From the NCBI GenBank assembly GCA_903835075.1, contig CAILLM010000004.1, forward strand, positions 80,532 through 144,531: a stretch of 64,000 nt of DNA. Direction: 5' to 3'. The stretch is from Candidatus Staskawiczbacteria bacterium (GTDB lineage: Bacteria; Patescibacteriota; Minisyncoccia; Minisyncoccales; Staskawiczbacteraceae). Positions 10,270-20,545 of the stretch are shown one piece after another. A program made the position numbers and the translations under genes. Every line of letters begins with the position of its first letter. The stretch's first letter is position 1. Under the pieces are notes generated by a model, which did not search any database, was not told where the DNA came from, and saw only the letters and a list, made by a program, of their open reading frames with translations.

Positions 10270-10662
10270 ATGGAAAACTCCTACATAGAGCCTCCCCAAG
10301 AATTATTAGGAAGAATATTAAAACGCATTCATAACGAAGAGCGTCTTTTAGTTTTAAGAAGAATTTTTATATTTTCAGCCATGTTGCTGACTTCTTTAGC
10401 GGCATTTATTCCAACACTTAAAATACTTTTTTCTGATTTTAACAAATCAGGATTTATCAGCTTCTCTTCTTTGGCTTTCTCGGATTTTTCTTCAGTTGTA
10501 GCCAATTGGCAAAGCTTTACAATGATTTTGTTGGAATCTTTGCCAGCGGTAAGTTTGGCATTATTTTTGGCAGTTTTATTAACATTTTTGCAATCAGCAA
10601 AGTCTTTAACAAAAAATATTAAAACAATATCTGGCATAAGCCATTTAAAAATTGCTGGATAA
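10270..10662 (+). CDS. Membrane protein, putative anti-sigma factor
   Basis: Short soluble N-terminus (EPPQELLGRIL) plus TM helices directly downstream of the ECF sigma. Confidence 0.6.
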   Translation: MENSYIEPPQELLGRILKRIHNEERLLVLRRIFIFSAMLLTSLAAFIPTLKILFSDFNKSGFISFSSLAFSDFSSVVANWQSFTMILLESLPAVSLALFLAVLLTFLQSAKSLTKNIKTISGISHLKIAG

Positions 10663-10668
10663 AAATAA

Positions 10669-11136
10669 ATGGACACAGACAAATTTTTTCAATCTAAATT
10701 ATTCAAGGGAATAATAATAGGAATGTTGGGGGTAATAATATTAACCTTTGTTTTTGGCTTAGGAGTTTTTGTTGGCGAAAAGCGCGCAGAGTTTTCTTTT
10801 AAGTGGGCTGATGAATATCATAATAATTTTGGTGGTCCAAAGGGTGGTTTTTTGGGTGGAATGATGAGTCAAGAGTTTACTGAAGCAAACGGAGTGTTTG
10901 GGCAAATTATAAAAGTTAATTCACAATCTCTAACTATAAAAGGAAAAGATAATGTTGAAAAAATAATTTTAGTAACTGATAAAACAATAATTGTTTATCA
11001 AAGGAAAAATATAAAATTACTCGAACTCAAAGTTGGGGATAGTGCAGTTGTTGTAGGAGAACCCAACAACTCTGGACAAATAGAAGCAGAGCTTATTAGG
11101 GTTATGCCTGCGCCCGTTATAACGCCCAAATTATAA
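10669..11136 (+). CDS. Single-TM protein with DUF5666-like beta domain
   Basis: TM then GQIIKV...LKVGDSAVVVG...IEAELIRV. Confidence 0.6.
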   Translation: MDTDKFFQSKLFKGIIIGMLGVIILTFVFGLGVFVGEKRAEFSFKWADEYHNNFGGPKGGFLGGMMSQEFTEANGVFGQIIKVNSQSLTIKGKDNVEKIILVTDKTIIVYQRKNIKLLELKVGDSAVVVGEPNNSGQIEAELIRVMPAPVITPKL

Positions 11137-11172
11137 GCATTCTTATTCTTAATAAAATTAAATTTTTTTAAA

Positions 11173-12894
11173 ATGAATTTTTTAGTAAAAATAAAAGAAA
11201 TTGTTTTTAAATATAAAAAAACAAGTATAATTATAATTTTATTTTTATTAGGTGGTGGATATTTCTGGTACCAACCAATAGCCAGTAATAGTGGAACAAA
11301 TAAATATGTTTTAGCTGAGGTCGCAAAAGCAACTATAGTTTCTTCAATATCAGGCACTGGACAAGTTTCGGCCTCTAGTCAACTTGATATTAAGCCCCAA
11401 GTCTCAGGAAACCTTGTTTACGTTAATATTACGAAAAATATGTCTGTTAAAGCAGGTACGCTTTTGGCGCAAGTAGAATCAAGGGATGCTCAGATGGTTA
11501 TGCAAAGTGCACAAAATGATTTAGCAAGCGCTCAATTATCTTCTCAAGACATAAGCGGAACAGCTAGGGATGCGCTTGACGCCTCATACAGTAGTGGCCT
11601 TGATAGCTTAACAAACACCTTTAATGATTTAACATCTATGAAAGCTAGTTTGGACGCAATTTTTTTGCAGAGCAGTTATAAGGGAAGCGACAGTGATATG
11701 AGTTATTATTTGAATTTTGTAAAATATTATGATAGCAGTAGTTCGAGCGAGTTGAGTTATTGGACAACCGATGCAAAACAGAAATATAATGACTTGCAGA
11801 GTAAGCTAGATTCGATTGAGGAGGTAGCATGGACTTTAAATAAAAATTCTCCGTCCTCTCAAATAGAAAATGCTATTAATCAAAGCTATACAGCCAATAA
11901 TAATTTTTTAGATTTGATAAGGCAAGCTTCAAATCTCATACAAAGATATCAAAAGATTCTTTTAACACAAAGTCTAACAACGCCAATTTCAGTTAGTACA
12001 ACTACTTCGCAGGCAACTCAGTTGAGTAGTGCCTTGGCATTGCTTGTTAAAGACGTCACCGCACTTTCAACTGCTAAAACAAATATAACTACTCAAAAAC
12101 AAACATACTCTAAGGTAGGAGTTAATACGCAGGCGCAAAATCTTAATATATTGCAATATCAAAATGCGTTGGCTGATGCTAAAGATGCTTTGGCTAAATA
12201 TTATGTGTATGCACCCATGGACGGAATTATATCTTCAACTGATTCAACAACAAAAGTTGGAGATGCGGTTTCTTCTGGTACTGTTTTAGGTTCTATGATT
12301 GCTAATCAAAATATTATCCAGCTTTCTTTGAATGAAGTTGATGTTGTAAAAGTAAAAACAGGAGAAAAGGTAGCAATAACTTTTGATGCTTTGCCAGATA
12401 TTACTGCAACGGGGTATGTTGCAGATGTAGACACAGTGGGAACTGTGAGTCAAGGGGTGGTAAGTTATGGCGTAAAAATTGCTCTAGATATTACAGATAG
12501 TAAAATAAAGCCTGGCATGAGTGCGAGTGTAAATATTATAACAGATACTAGACAAAATGTTTTAACTGTCCCAAATAGCGCCGTAAAATCAAAAAATGGA
12601 AATTATTATGTTTTTGTTCTAAACCAAAAGCAAGATTTAACTAGTCCAACTGCTAGTCAGGGTTTTGCTTCGCCCATAGCACCAACTCAAAAAACAGTAG
12701 AAATAGGGCTAGCAGACGAATCTAATACAGAAATAATTAGTGGTTTGGCTGAAGGAGACCAGGTTGTACTGAGAACTATTTCTAGCACAACCACGGCAAC
12801 TTCTACGGGTAGAGCAGGTACAACATCGGCAACAAGATTAATCACGGGGGGAGGTGCAGGTGGCGGATTTACCGGTGGGAGGCCTGGAAACTAA
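11173..12894 (+). CDS. Efflux periplasmic adaptor subunit (HlyD/MacA family)
   Basis: TM anchor, ISGTGQV, coiled coil, APMDGII, IKPGMSA, EIISGLAEGDQV. Confidence 0.88.
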   Translation: MNFLVKIKEIVFKYKKTSIIIILFLLGGGYFWYQPIASNSGTNKYVLAEVAKATIVSSISGTGQVSASSQLDIKPQVSGNLVYVNITKNMSVKAGTLLAQVESRDAQMVMQSAQNDLASAQLSSQDISGTARDALDASYSSGLDSLTNTFNDLTSMKASLDAIFLQSSYKGSDSDMSYYLNFVKYYDSSSSSELSYWTTDAKQKYNDLQSKLDSIEEVAWTLNKNSPSSQIENAINQSYTANNNFLDLIRQASNLIQRYQKILLTQSLTTPISVSTTTSQATQLSSALALLVKDVTALSTAKTNITTQKQTYSKVGVNTQAQNLNILQYQNALADAKDALAKYYVYAPMDGIISSTDSTTKVGDAVSSGTVLGSMIANQNIIQLSLNEVDVVKVKTGEKVAITFDALPDITATGYVADVDTVGTVSQGVVSYGVKIALDITDSKIKPGMSASVNIITDTRQNVLTVPNSAVKSKNGNYYVFVLNQKQDLTSPTASQGFASPIAPTQKTVEIGLADESNTEIISGLAEGDQVVLRTISSTTTATSTGRAGTTSATRLITGGGAGGGFTGGRPGN

Positions 12895-12903
12895 ATTAAT
12901 AGA

Positions 12904-13584
12904 ATGATTGAAATAAAAAACATAGAAAAAATTTATCAAACAGGAACAGTTGGATTTCAAGCACTGTCAGGAGTTAGTTTTTCAATAAAAGAAGGAGAGT
13001 TTGTGGCAATAATGGGGCCATCGGGTTCGGGAAAATCAACGCTAATGCATATTTTGGGATGCCTAGATACTCCAACAACCGGAAAGTATTTTTTAGATGG
13101 TAAAGATGTTTCTAAATTAAATGAAGATGAGCTAGCTGAAATAAGAAAAAATAAAATTGGTTTTGTTTTTCAGGCATTTAATCTTTTGCCAAGAACAACG
13201 GCCTTGCGGAATGTTTTATTGCCTTTAGTTTATGCAGAAGTAGAACCAATGGAAAGAGAAAAACGTGCAAAAGAATCTTTAAAATCTGCTGGCTTAGACG
13301 AAGAATTTTTTGATCATTTGTCTAATCAATTATCAGGCGGGCAAATTCAAAGAGTGGCAATTGCCAGGGCACTGGTTAATGATCCTGCTTTAATTTTGGC
13401 TGACGAACCAACCGGTAACTTAGATTCTAAAACAGGAGAAATAGTTTTAGAAACATTTAGAAAGTTAAATAAAGAACATGGAAGAACAATTATTTTAATT
13501 ACTCATGAACACGATGTTGCCGAACATGCAGACAGAATTATTTCGTTGAAAGATGGACTCATTATAAATGATACAAAAAAATGA
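12904..13584 (+). CDS. ABC transporter ATP-binding protein (MacB/LolD family)
   Basis: GPSGSGKST, LSGGQ, ILADEPTGNLD. Confidence 0.95.
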   Translation: MIEIKNIEKIYQTGTVGFQALSGVSFSIKEGEFVAIMGPSGSGKSTLMHILGCLDTPTTGKYFLDGKDVSKLNEDELAEIRKNKIGFVFQAFNLLPRTTALRNVLLPLVYAEVEPMEREKRAKESLKSAGLDEEFFDHLSNQLSGGQIQRVAIARALVNDPALILADEPTGNLDSKTGEIVLETFRKLNKEHGRTIILITHEHDVAEHADRIISLKDGLIINDTKK

Positions 13585-14813
13585 AACTTTCAGATACATT
13601 AGAAGAAACATTTTTAGCACTTTCATCAAATAAAGCCCGAACTGGCTTAACTATTTTAGGTATTGTTATTGGAATTAGTTCAGTAATTGTTATGGTGTCT
13701 GTGGGACAGGGAGCAACAAGTTCAATTCAATCTAGCATTGAAGCAACGGGGTCTAACCTTTTGATGGTAATGCCTGGGGCAGCAAGAACCGTGGGCTCTC
13801 CTGTCCGTTCGGCTGGTGGAACAGCACAATCTTTAACCATTGAAGATGCAAATTCTATTGTAAGCCAGGTCCCATCTGTGCAATATATGACCCCTGAAGT
13901 TACGGGGAGATATCAGGTTGTTTATAAAGGGAACAATACAAACACATCAGTTGTAGGAACTAGTGATACTTACTCCATGGTTAGAAATTTGAATATAGAC
14001 CAGGGAGTTTTTATTACAGCTCAAGATGTTGTTAGCACTTCTCGCGTGGCAGTATTGGGGCCTACGGTGGTTACAGATTTATTTGGAGCAGACGCTGTTG
14101 CAAGTGACGCAATTGGTCAAACAATAAAAATTAATAAAATGCAATTTCAGGTTGTAGGAGTAACAGTTGCAAAGGGTGGTAGTGGATTTCAAAATCAGGA
14201 TGACAGAATTTATATTCCATATACTGTTTCACAAAAATATCTTTCGGGGAACAAATATTTATCAGAAATTGATTTACAAATTAGTAGTTCTAATTTAATG
14301 ACCTCAGCTCAAAGTGATGTAACAAGTTTGTTGTTAGCTAATCATAATATTTCGGATTCTACATTAGCTGATTTTAATGTTCAAAATCAAGCAGACATAT
14401 TGTCATCAATTTCAAGTGTAAGTCAAACTCTCACAATTTTGTTAGGAGCAATTGCAGGAATTTCTTTATTAGTAGGAGGAATTGGAATTATGAATATGAT
14501 GCTTACAACAGTAACCGAAAGAACAAGAGAAATTGGGCTCCGCAAGGCAATTGGAGCAAAAGCAAAAGACATTACTTTTCAGTTTTTAACAGAAGCAGTT
14601 ATGTTAACTTTTACTGGTGGCATATTAGGAGTTTTTTTGGGATGGGGAATATCTTGGGGAATCAAATATTTTAATTTTTATCAAACCCAAGTTTCATTAT
14701 TATCAATAATTTTAGCAGTAGTTGTTTCTGGTGCCATAGGAATTATTTTTGGATATTATCCAGCAAAGCGTGCTGCAAAATTAAATCCAATAGAAGCATT
14801 AAGATACGAATAA
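13581..14813 (+). CDS. ABC transporter permease (MacB/FtsX family)
   Basis: LTILGIVIG, GGIGIMNMM..VTERTREIGLRKAIGA, LNPIEALRYE. Confidence 0.95.
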   Translation: MKLSDTLEETFLALSSNKARTGLTILGIVIGISSVIVMVSVGQGATSSIQSSIEATGSNLLMVMPGAARTVGSPVRSAGGTAQSLTIEDANSIVSQVPSVQYMTPEVTGRYQVVYKGNNTNTSVVGTSDTYSMVRNLNIDQGVFITAQDVVSTSRVAVLGPTVVTDLFGADAVASDAIGQTIKINKMQFQVVGVTVAKGGSGFQNQDDRIYIPYTVSQKYLSGNKYLSEIDLQISSSNLMTSAQSDVTSLLLANHNISDSTLADFNVQNQADILSSISSVSQTLTILLGAIAGISLLVGGIGIMNMMLTTVTERTREIGLRKAIGAKAKDITFQFLTEAVMLTFTGGILGVFLGWGISWGIKYFNFYQTQVSLLSIILAVVVSGAIGIIFGYYPAKRAAKLNPIEALRYE

Positions 14814-14849
14814 AATTAAAAATAATTATTAAAAAATAATATAAATCAT

Positions 14850-15275
14850 ATGAACAAAACAAATAAAATAATTTATGGGGTAGTTGTATTATTGATTATT
14901 GCGGGAGGTTCATTTTATGGAGGTATGCTTTATGGTAAAACTCAAAGTCCAAAATTAGGCGCTGGTAACGGAAATTTTCAAACAAGAATTAATAGGGGAG
15001 GGGGCGGAGGTTTTATTTCCGGGGATATTATTTCTAAAGATGCCAGTAGCATAACATTGAAACTCCAAAATAGCAGTAGCTCAAAAATAATATTTTATTC
15101 AGACACAACACAAATTAATAAATATGCTGCAGGAACTTCTAATGATTTGTCAGCAGGGACATCAATTAGTGTAGCGGGCACGGCAAATTCTGATGGAAGC
15201 GTAACAGCACAAAGTATACAAATTAGACCAGCAAAACCTGCAACAGCACCTTCGGGGAACTCTCCTGTACAATAA
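14850..15275 (+). CDS. Single-TM protein with DUF5666-like domain
   Basis: TM (FYGGMLYG), Gly-rich linker, G.ANSDGSVTAQSIQI; similar to 10669-11136. Confidence 0.6.
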   Translation: MNKTNKIIYGVVVLLIIAGGSFYGGMLYGKTQSPKLGAGNGNFQTRINRGGGGGFISGDIISKDASSITLKLQNSSSSKIIFYSDTTQINKYAAGTSNDLSAGTSISVAGTANSDGSVTAQSIQIRPAKPATAPSGNSPVQ

Positions 15276-15314
15276 AGTCTTTGTTGAAATTATAAAAAGT
15301 GGTAAAATAGAAAT

Positions 15315-15785
15315 ATGAAAACATCAACAATAATAATTTCAATAATAGTTTCTGTAATAATATTAATTGTGTTGGTTGTGGGTGCTTATAATTTAATGCA
15401 ACCAAGTAAAAATACCAATCAAAAAAATACGCAACAGCAAACTCCTGCAAATTTTGACATTAGGGGAATGAAAGTTGAAGTTTTGAAGCAGGGAACTGGA
15501 GAAGGAGCAAAAGTTGGAGATAGAATAGTTGTAAATTATGTTGGAACACTAACCAACGGCACAAAGTTTGATTCTTCAATAGATAGAAAGCATCCGTTTC
15601 CATATACTTTAGGAAAAAATCAGGTGATACGGGGTTGGGAGTTGGGAATTTTGGGAATGAAAATTGGCGAAAAAAGAAAACTAACAATTCCGCCATCGCT
15701 GGCTTATGGCGATGCAGGAAGGCCACCAATTATTCCAAAAAGTGCTACTTTAATTTTTGAAATTGATATGTTGAGCATAAATTAA
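15315..15785 (+). CDS. FKBP-type peptidyl-prolyl isomerase, membrane anchored
   Basis: VNYVGTL.NGTKFDSS, VIRGWELG, IPPSLAYG, ATLIFEID. Confidence 0.95.
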   Translation: MKTSTIIISIIVSVIILIVLVVGAYNLMQPSKNTNQKNTQQQTPANFDIRGMKVEVLKQGTGEGAKVGDRIVVNYVGTLTNGTKFDSSIDRKHPFPYTLGKNQVIRGWELGILGMKIGEKRKLTIPPSLAYGDAGRPPIIPKSATLIFEIDMLSIN

Positions 15786-15793
15786 AATTACTT

Positions 15794-15822
15794 AAAAGCC
15801 CTAGATATTGTTGGGGCTTTTT
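15794..15822 (+). terminator. Intrinsic terminator
   Basis: AAAAGCCC...GGGGCTTTTT. Confidence 0.65.
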
Positions 15823-15918
15823 GCTTGCATTTTAAAAATTTTGTTGTAATGTATTAGTATGCAGTCGGGACAGCAATTTGAAAATCCGACAATCAAACCA
15901 ACCAACCATATTATCGCA

Positions 15919-17493
15919 ATGAGCACACAAAGTACACAGACTACAAGAGCACTGTTTAGTGTTTCAGACAAAACCGGCTTAGCGAAATTCGCCGAGGAAC
16001 TAGGTCTTTTCGGCATTCAAATTCTGTCGACCGGCGGAACTGCCAAGGAATTGAGAAAAGCCGGAATTCCTGTTACTGATGTCTCCGAATATACCGGCGC
16101 ACCGGAGTTGTTTGACGGCAGGCTTAAGACGTTGCACCCGAAAGTGCATGGTGGTTTGCTCCAGCGTCGTCGTAACAAAAAAGATATCGAGGAGGCTGCG
16201 GCAAACAATATACCACAAATCGATTTCGTTGTGGTGAACCTTTATCCCTTCGAACAAACCGTCGCTAAACCCGATACGACATTTGACGACGCCATTGAAA
16301 ACATCGACATTGGTGGCCCCTCGATGCTTCGTAGCGCCGCAAAGAACTTTGCCGATGTCACCGTTGTGATTGACCCGGCCGATTATCCCCGCGTTATTGG
16401 ATGCATGCGCGAGAACGACGGCAAAACGACACTCGCATTGCGGCGGGAATTGGCTCTGAAGGTTTTTGAGCGGACCAGCCGTTACGACGCCGCCATTCTT
16501 ACGTATCTTGAGAGCCAAGATACTGACAATGCCTCGGTTATGCCCTCAACGCTTCGTCTTTGTTTGCCAAAAGCACAGGACCTCCGTTACGGCGAAAATC
16601 CACACCAAAAGAGTGCGCTTTATGGCGACTTTTGGAAGTATTACAGTCAGCATGGTGGCAAAGAACTTTCCTACACCAATATTCTGGACATTGCCTCGGC
16701 CTCGACGTTGATAGACGACCTTGGTGATGATTCAATCGCGATACTGAAACATACGACACCATGCGGCGTTGCCATTGACGGCACATCGCCAGTTGAAGCG
16801 TGGAATCTTGCTTTTGCCACAGACAAAGATTCTCCCTTTGGTGGCGTGATTGTTTTGCCTTGGAAAACGGAAGTAGACACTGACCTTGTGGATGTTCTCA
16901 AGGACATTTTTGTGGAAATAGTCATTGCTTCAAGTTTCACGCCTGGAGCGCTGGCGGCTCTTCAAAGAAGGAAGAATCTGAGAATCATCCAACGCACCGG
17001 TATCCCGCCTTTCGATTTGGATTTGAAATCAATTCCGGGTGGAATGTTGGTGCAAGAGCGGGATGTTCTTCGGGAAGCGTGGAGCGACTTCAAGGTCGTG
17101 ACTAAACGGCTACCTACCGAAGAAGAAAAGTTTGCCATGATGTTTGCTTGGAAGGTTGTCAAAAACGCCAAGTCAAATGCCATGGTTTACGCCAAATACC
17201 AAGGTGGAACTTATCGTACCTTGTGCATTGGCGCCGGTCAGACCAGCAGAGTGGATGCATCCAAAATTGCGATTTGGAAGTCTGAACAAGCCGACCTATC
17301 GCTGGTTGGCAGTGTCCTTGCTAGTGAAGCATTCATCCCATTTGCAGACGGTGCGGAAGCAGCATTCAAGGCGGGCGCAACTGCCATAATACAGACCGGA
17401 GGTAGTATCCGAGACAAAGAGGTGATTGCTGCCGCAGATGCAGCTGGGGCAGCAATGGTGATGACCGGTTATCGCCATTTCAGACATGGTTAG
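15919..17493 (+). CDS. purH: Bifunctional IMP cyclohydrolase/AICAR transformylase
   Basis: RALFSVSDKTG, GRLKTLHP, IDIGGPSMLRSAAKN, LRYGENPHQ, RHFRH; ATG 15919 preferred over 15859; visibly GC-richer than flanks. Confidence 0.95.
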   Translation: MSTQSTQTTRALFSVSDKTGLAKFAEELGLFGIQILSTGGTAKELRKAGIPVTDVSEYTGAPELFDGRLKTLHPKVHGGLLQRRRNKKDIEEAAANNIPQIDFVVVNLYPFEQTVAKPDTTFDDAIENIDIGGPSMLRSAAKNFADVTVVIDPADYPRVIGCMRENDGKTTLALRRELALKVFERTSRYDAAILTYLESQDTDNASVMPSTLRLCLPKAQDLRYGENPHQKSALYGDFWKYYSQHGGKELSYTNILDIASASTLIDDLGDDSIAILKHTTPCGVAIDGTSPVEAWNLAFATDKDSPFGGVIVLPWKTEVDTDLVDVLKDIFVEIVIASSFTPGALAALQRRKNLRIIQRTGIPPFDLDLKSIPGGMLVQERDVLREAWSDFKVVTKRLPTEEEKFAMMFAWKVVKNAKSNAMVYAKYQGGTYRTLCIGAGQTSRVDASKIAIWKSEQADLSLVGSVLASEAFIPFADGAEAAFKAGATAIIQTGGSIRDKEVIAAADAAGAAMVMTGYRHFRHG

Positions 17494-17516
17494 CAGAGGC
17501 TAACAAATTTTACAGA

Positions 17517-17547
17517 CCCGCAACAGAAATGTTGCGGGATTTTTTTT
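17517..17547 (+). terminator. Intrinsic terminator after purH
   Basis: CCCGCAACA-GAAA-TGTTGCGGG followed by a T-tract. Confidence 0.85.
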
Positions 17548-18523
17548 AGAAAATTTTTATTTCTTGGCCAATTCCTTTTTCTACAGCTTCCCTGTAAACC
17601 ATTGAGGCAGTAAATAAATCTTGCAGAGCAAGTCCAGTTGAATCAAAAACAGTAATTTCATTATCATTTTCTCTGCCTACTTTTAGTCCAGCAACAATTT
17701 CGCCTAAAGAGCCATAAATATCTTCTTTTTTTATAATTCCTTTAGTCACAGGAACATTTATTTCTCCAGAGTGTGAGGCTTGTGTCCAATCATCAACAAC
17801 TATTTTTGCACGTTTTAAAATTTCTGGCTCTAGCTCTTCTTTGCTTTCAGCGTCAGCGCCAACTGCATTTATGTGAGCCCCAGGGACAACCCATTCATTT
17901 TTAACAATTGGTTGTCGTGAGGGTGTGGTTGTAGTTACAATGTCTTGTTTACAAACTTCTTCCAGCTCAGCACTTTTTATTTCAATGCCAATTTTTTTTA
18001 ACTCAGCAGAAAGTTTTTCAATATTTTTTTCATTAACATCATAAACAAGGATTTCTTGCAGTTTAATTGTGTGGGCAGTAGCAGCTATTTGAAATAAGGC
18101 TTGTTGGCCAGCGCCCACAACTCCCATTGTGCGGGCATATTTTTTAGCAAGATACTTTGCTGCCACAGCTCCCGCAGCTCCTGTTCTCATGCCCGTAATA
18201 TATGTGCCATCCATCAAAGCAATAGGCGAGCCTGTTTCTGCATCATTTAAAACTATAACTGCTCCCACAGTAGGTAAGTTATTTTGGGGGTTGTCGGGGT
18301 GTACGTTAACAATTTTTGTACCTGCCATTTTTAGTTCTTCTGAAAAACTTGGCATAACTCGTAGGTCCCCATTATTTTTTTTAAAATATAAATAAGTTTT
18401 TGGTGGCATATCAACTTCACCTTTTCCATATTTTAAAAACGCTAGCTCAATTTGTCTAACCACCTTATCAATTTGTGATAAGGGAATTAATTGTTTTACT
18501 TCTTCTTGAGTTAAAATAAGCAT
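17546..18523 (-). CDS. Ornithine cyclodeaminase/mu-crystallin family protein (archaeal-type alanine dehydrogenase-like)
   Basis: MPPKTYL..GDLRVMP, ITGMRTGAAG, GAGQQA, HINAVGAD, FDSTGLALQD. Confidence 0.9.
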   Translation of the reverse strand: MLILTQEEVKQLIPLSQIDKVVRQIELAFLKYGKGEVDMPPKTYLYFKKNNGDLRVMPSFSEELKMAGTKIVNVHPDNPQNNLPTVGAVIVLNDAETGSPIALMDGTYITGMRTGAAGAVAAKYLAKKYARTMGVVGAGQQALFQIAATAHTIKLQEILVYDVNEKNIEKLSAELKKIGIEIKSAELEEVCKQDIVTTTTPSRQPIVKNEWVVPGAHINAVGADAESKEELEPEILKRAKIVVDDWTQASHSGEINVPVTKGIIKKEDIYGSLGEIVAGLKVGRENDNEITVFDSTGLALQDLFTASMVYREAVEKGIGQEIKIF

Positions 18524-18593
18524 GTTTTTTAATTTAATTATAATATGCTTTTATTATACTCTTTCGGGTTGGGGCAAGGAATAGGCAAAAGTC

Positions 18594-18653
18594 TTGACAT
18601 TGATACGTTAGTAAGATATAATAGACTATCTAATAGTTAGGTAATCAAACTAT
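18594..18653 (+). promoter_or_regulatory. Sigma70 promoter plus putative MarR operator
   Basis: TTGACA(18594)-N17-TATAAT(18617); inverted repeat ATAGTT-N9-AACTAT at 18633-18653. Confidence 0.75.
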
Positions 18654-18683
18654 ATTATAAATATCGCTACGCTACGTAAACTT

Positions 18684-19103
18684 ATGGAAAAAAATGAAAA
18701 ATTGTTATCTGCCATATTTAATGTTGGCAGGCTTATAAGAGAAGAAATCCATGCTAGCAATTGCTTGGCTGATTTTACGCATACAGAAGTGGAAGTGTTA
18801 AAATTCTTGCATAATAAAAAAAATGTAACCATGAAGGCTATAGCAGATTATTTATATATAAAACCATCTTCTGCTACTCCCGTAATAGATAAATTAGCTG
18901 AAAATGGAAATATAAAAAGAGTTGAAAACAAAGATGATAGAAGGGTTGTATATATTGAATTAACCGTAAAAGGAAAAAAAACCTTGGAAAAAAAATATAA
19001 AACCATACACAAAACAATTGATAAAATTTTTGGGAAGTTAAATGAAAAAGATAAAAAAATATTAATAAATATATTTGAAAAAATAAACAATGAAAATATC
19101 TAA
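18684..19103 (+). CDS. MarR family transcriptional regulator
   Basis: wHTH: MKAIADYLYIKPSSATPVIDKL...DDRRVVYIELT.KG. Confidence 0.92.
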   Translation: MEKNEKLLSAIFNVGRLIREEIHASNCLADFTHTEVEVLKFLHNKKNVTMKAIADYLYIKPSSATPVIDKLAENGNIKRVENKDDRRVVYIELTVKGKKTLEKKYKTIHKTIDKIFGKLNEKDKKILINIFEKINNENI

Positions 19104-20535
19104 AAATAATATAATTATATTAGCTTCTGCAGTAGTTTTAATTGGAATTATTGTTTTGTTGTACTTTATTTTTGGTAATAATACGCCAGCTCACTTAACT
19201 TCTGTTGAAGTCAAAACCAGCAATATTACTGAAACTGTTAATTTAAATGGAGGGGTTAAGGCTTCTCAGGGAGTTGATTTGTCTTTTGAGTCGCAAGGAA
19301 AAATTGTAGCAAATTATGTTAAGGTTGGTGATAAAATTTACGCAGGCCAACCCCTTGTAGCAATTGATAGCTCTATTTTAAGGTCTCAGTTAAAACAAGC
19401 TCAGGCTCAGCTTGATATTTTGAATGTTGATACGGTTGAGAGTAAAACAAACTCCAACTTGCAAGTTGCTTACCAAAATGGTCTAAGCGCGGCACAAAAA
19501 TCAGTTGGAATAGCAAAAAATATATTGCTTACTATAACGGATATCCAAAATACGCATTTTCAAACACAAAGCATGCAAAATGTGCCTCTTTTTAATGCTA
19601 AACAAGAGGCAATATTATCTTTATTGGGTCAATCTAGTACCAGCTTGGCCAATTCGGAAGTTTTAGGAGCACTAAATGGTGGTACTTTTGGTTTGGTACA
19701 AAACGCCATCCAAAATCCAACTCAGGGTAACATTGATTCGGTGCTTCTAGCATTAAAGGCTTCCTTACAAGATGTAAATAATATGATTGATGCCATGCCT
19801 ATTACAGATACTGTCACTCCTGCAGAAAGGGCTGTTATAAGCTCAGCAAAAACAAGCATTGATGCGGAAATTATGACAACAACAGCTAATATGCAGGCAA
19901 TAGCAAATTTAAAGGTGAATAATACAGCAACTATATCAACTGCCAATGCGCAGGTTGAAGCAGCAAAGGCAAATGTGGACGCAATTAAAGCACAACTTGC
20001 CAAAACAGTTATAACTGCTTTGTTTGACGGGCAAGTTGATAAAGACAATGTGGTTGTAGGTCAGCTAGTTTCATCTAACGTGCCAGTTGTGACAATTTCA
20101 AATGATAATTTAGAAATAGATACAACTGTATCTGAAATTGATTTACCAAATGCAAAAATTGGAGCAAAAGCAAATGTATCATTAGATGCTTATGGTAATA
20201 ATGTTAATTTTCCAGCAACAATTTTTTCTGTAGATTCTGCTCCAACAATTATAAATGGCATTTCAGCTTATGGAGCTAGGTTAAAATTTGATAATTTAGA
20301 CGCAAGAATAAAATCTGGTATGACAGCGAATATAAGCATGATCTCTGACACTCATGCAAATGTTTTAGCAATTCCAAAATCTGCTGTTATACAAAATAAT
20401 GGTAATTATTTTGTGTTGATAGATAATGGAAATTCTAAAAAAGAAACAAGGCAAGTGACAGTTGGTTTGCATGACAATAAAAATATAGAAATAATTTCTG
20501 GTTTGCAATTAGGGGAAAAAGTATTTACGTATTAA
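19090..20535 (+). CDS. Efflux periplasmic adaptor subunit (HlyD family)
   Basis: TM anchor, VKVGDKI, coiled coil, IKSGMTA, EIISGLQLGEKV. Confidence 0.85.
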   Translation: MKISKNNIIILASAVVLIGIIVLLYFIFGNNTPAHLTSVEVKTSNITETVNLNGGVKASQGVDLSFESQGKIVANYVKVGDKIYAGQPLVAIDSSILRSQLKQAQAQLDILNVDTVESKTNSNLQVAYQNGLSAAQKSVGIAKNILLTITDIQNTHFQTQSMQNVPLFNAKQEAILSLLGQSSTSLANSEVLGALNGGTFGLVQNAIQNPTQGNIDSVLLALKASLQDVNNMIDAMPITDTVTPAERAVISSAKTSIDAEIMTTTANMQAIANLKVNNTATISTANAQVEAAKANVDAIKAQLAKTVITALFDGQVDKDNVVVGQLVSSNVPVVTISNDNLEIDTTVSEIDLPNAKIGAKANVSLDAYGNNVNFPATIFSVDSAPTIINGISAYGARLKFDNLDARIKSGMTANISMISDTHANVLAIPKSAVIQNNGNYFVLIDNGNSKKETRQVTVGLHDNKNIEIISGLQLGEKVFTY

Positions 20536-20545
20536 TTTAAAAAAC

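Noticed and set aside
15823..15918. ZMP/ZTP riboswitch upstream of purH
   Set aside because: Only a short GTCGG/CCGAC stem; the conserved ZTP motifs (GACTGGCG, CGCCTGGG) are absent
16000..17487. Many alternative-frame ORFs within purH
   Set aside because: Expected from higher GC (fewer stops); no recognisable motifs
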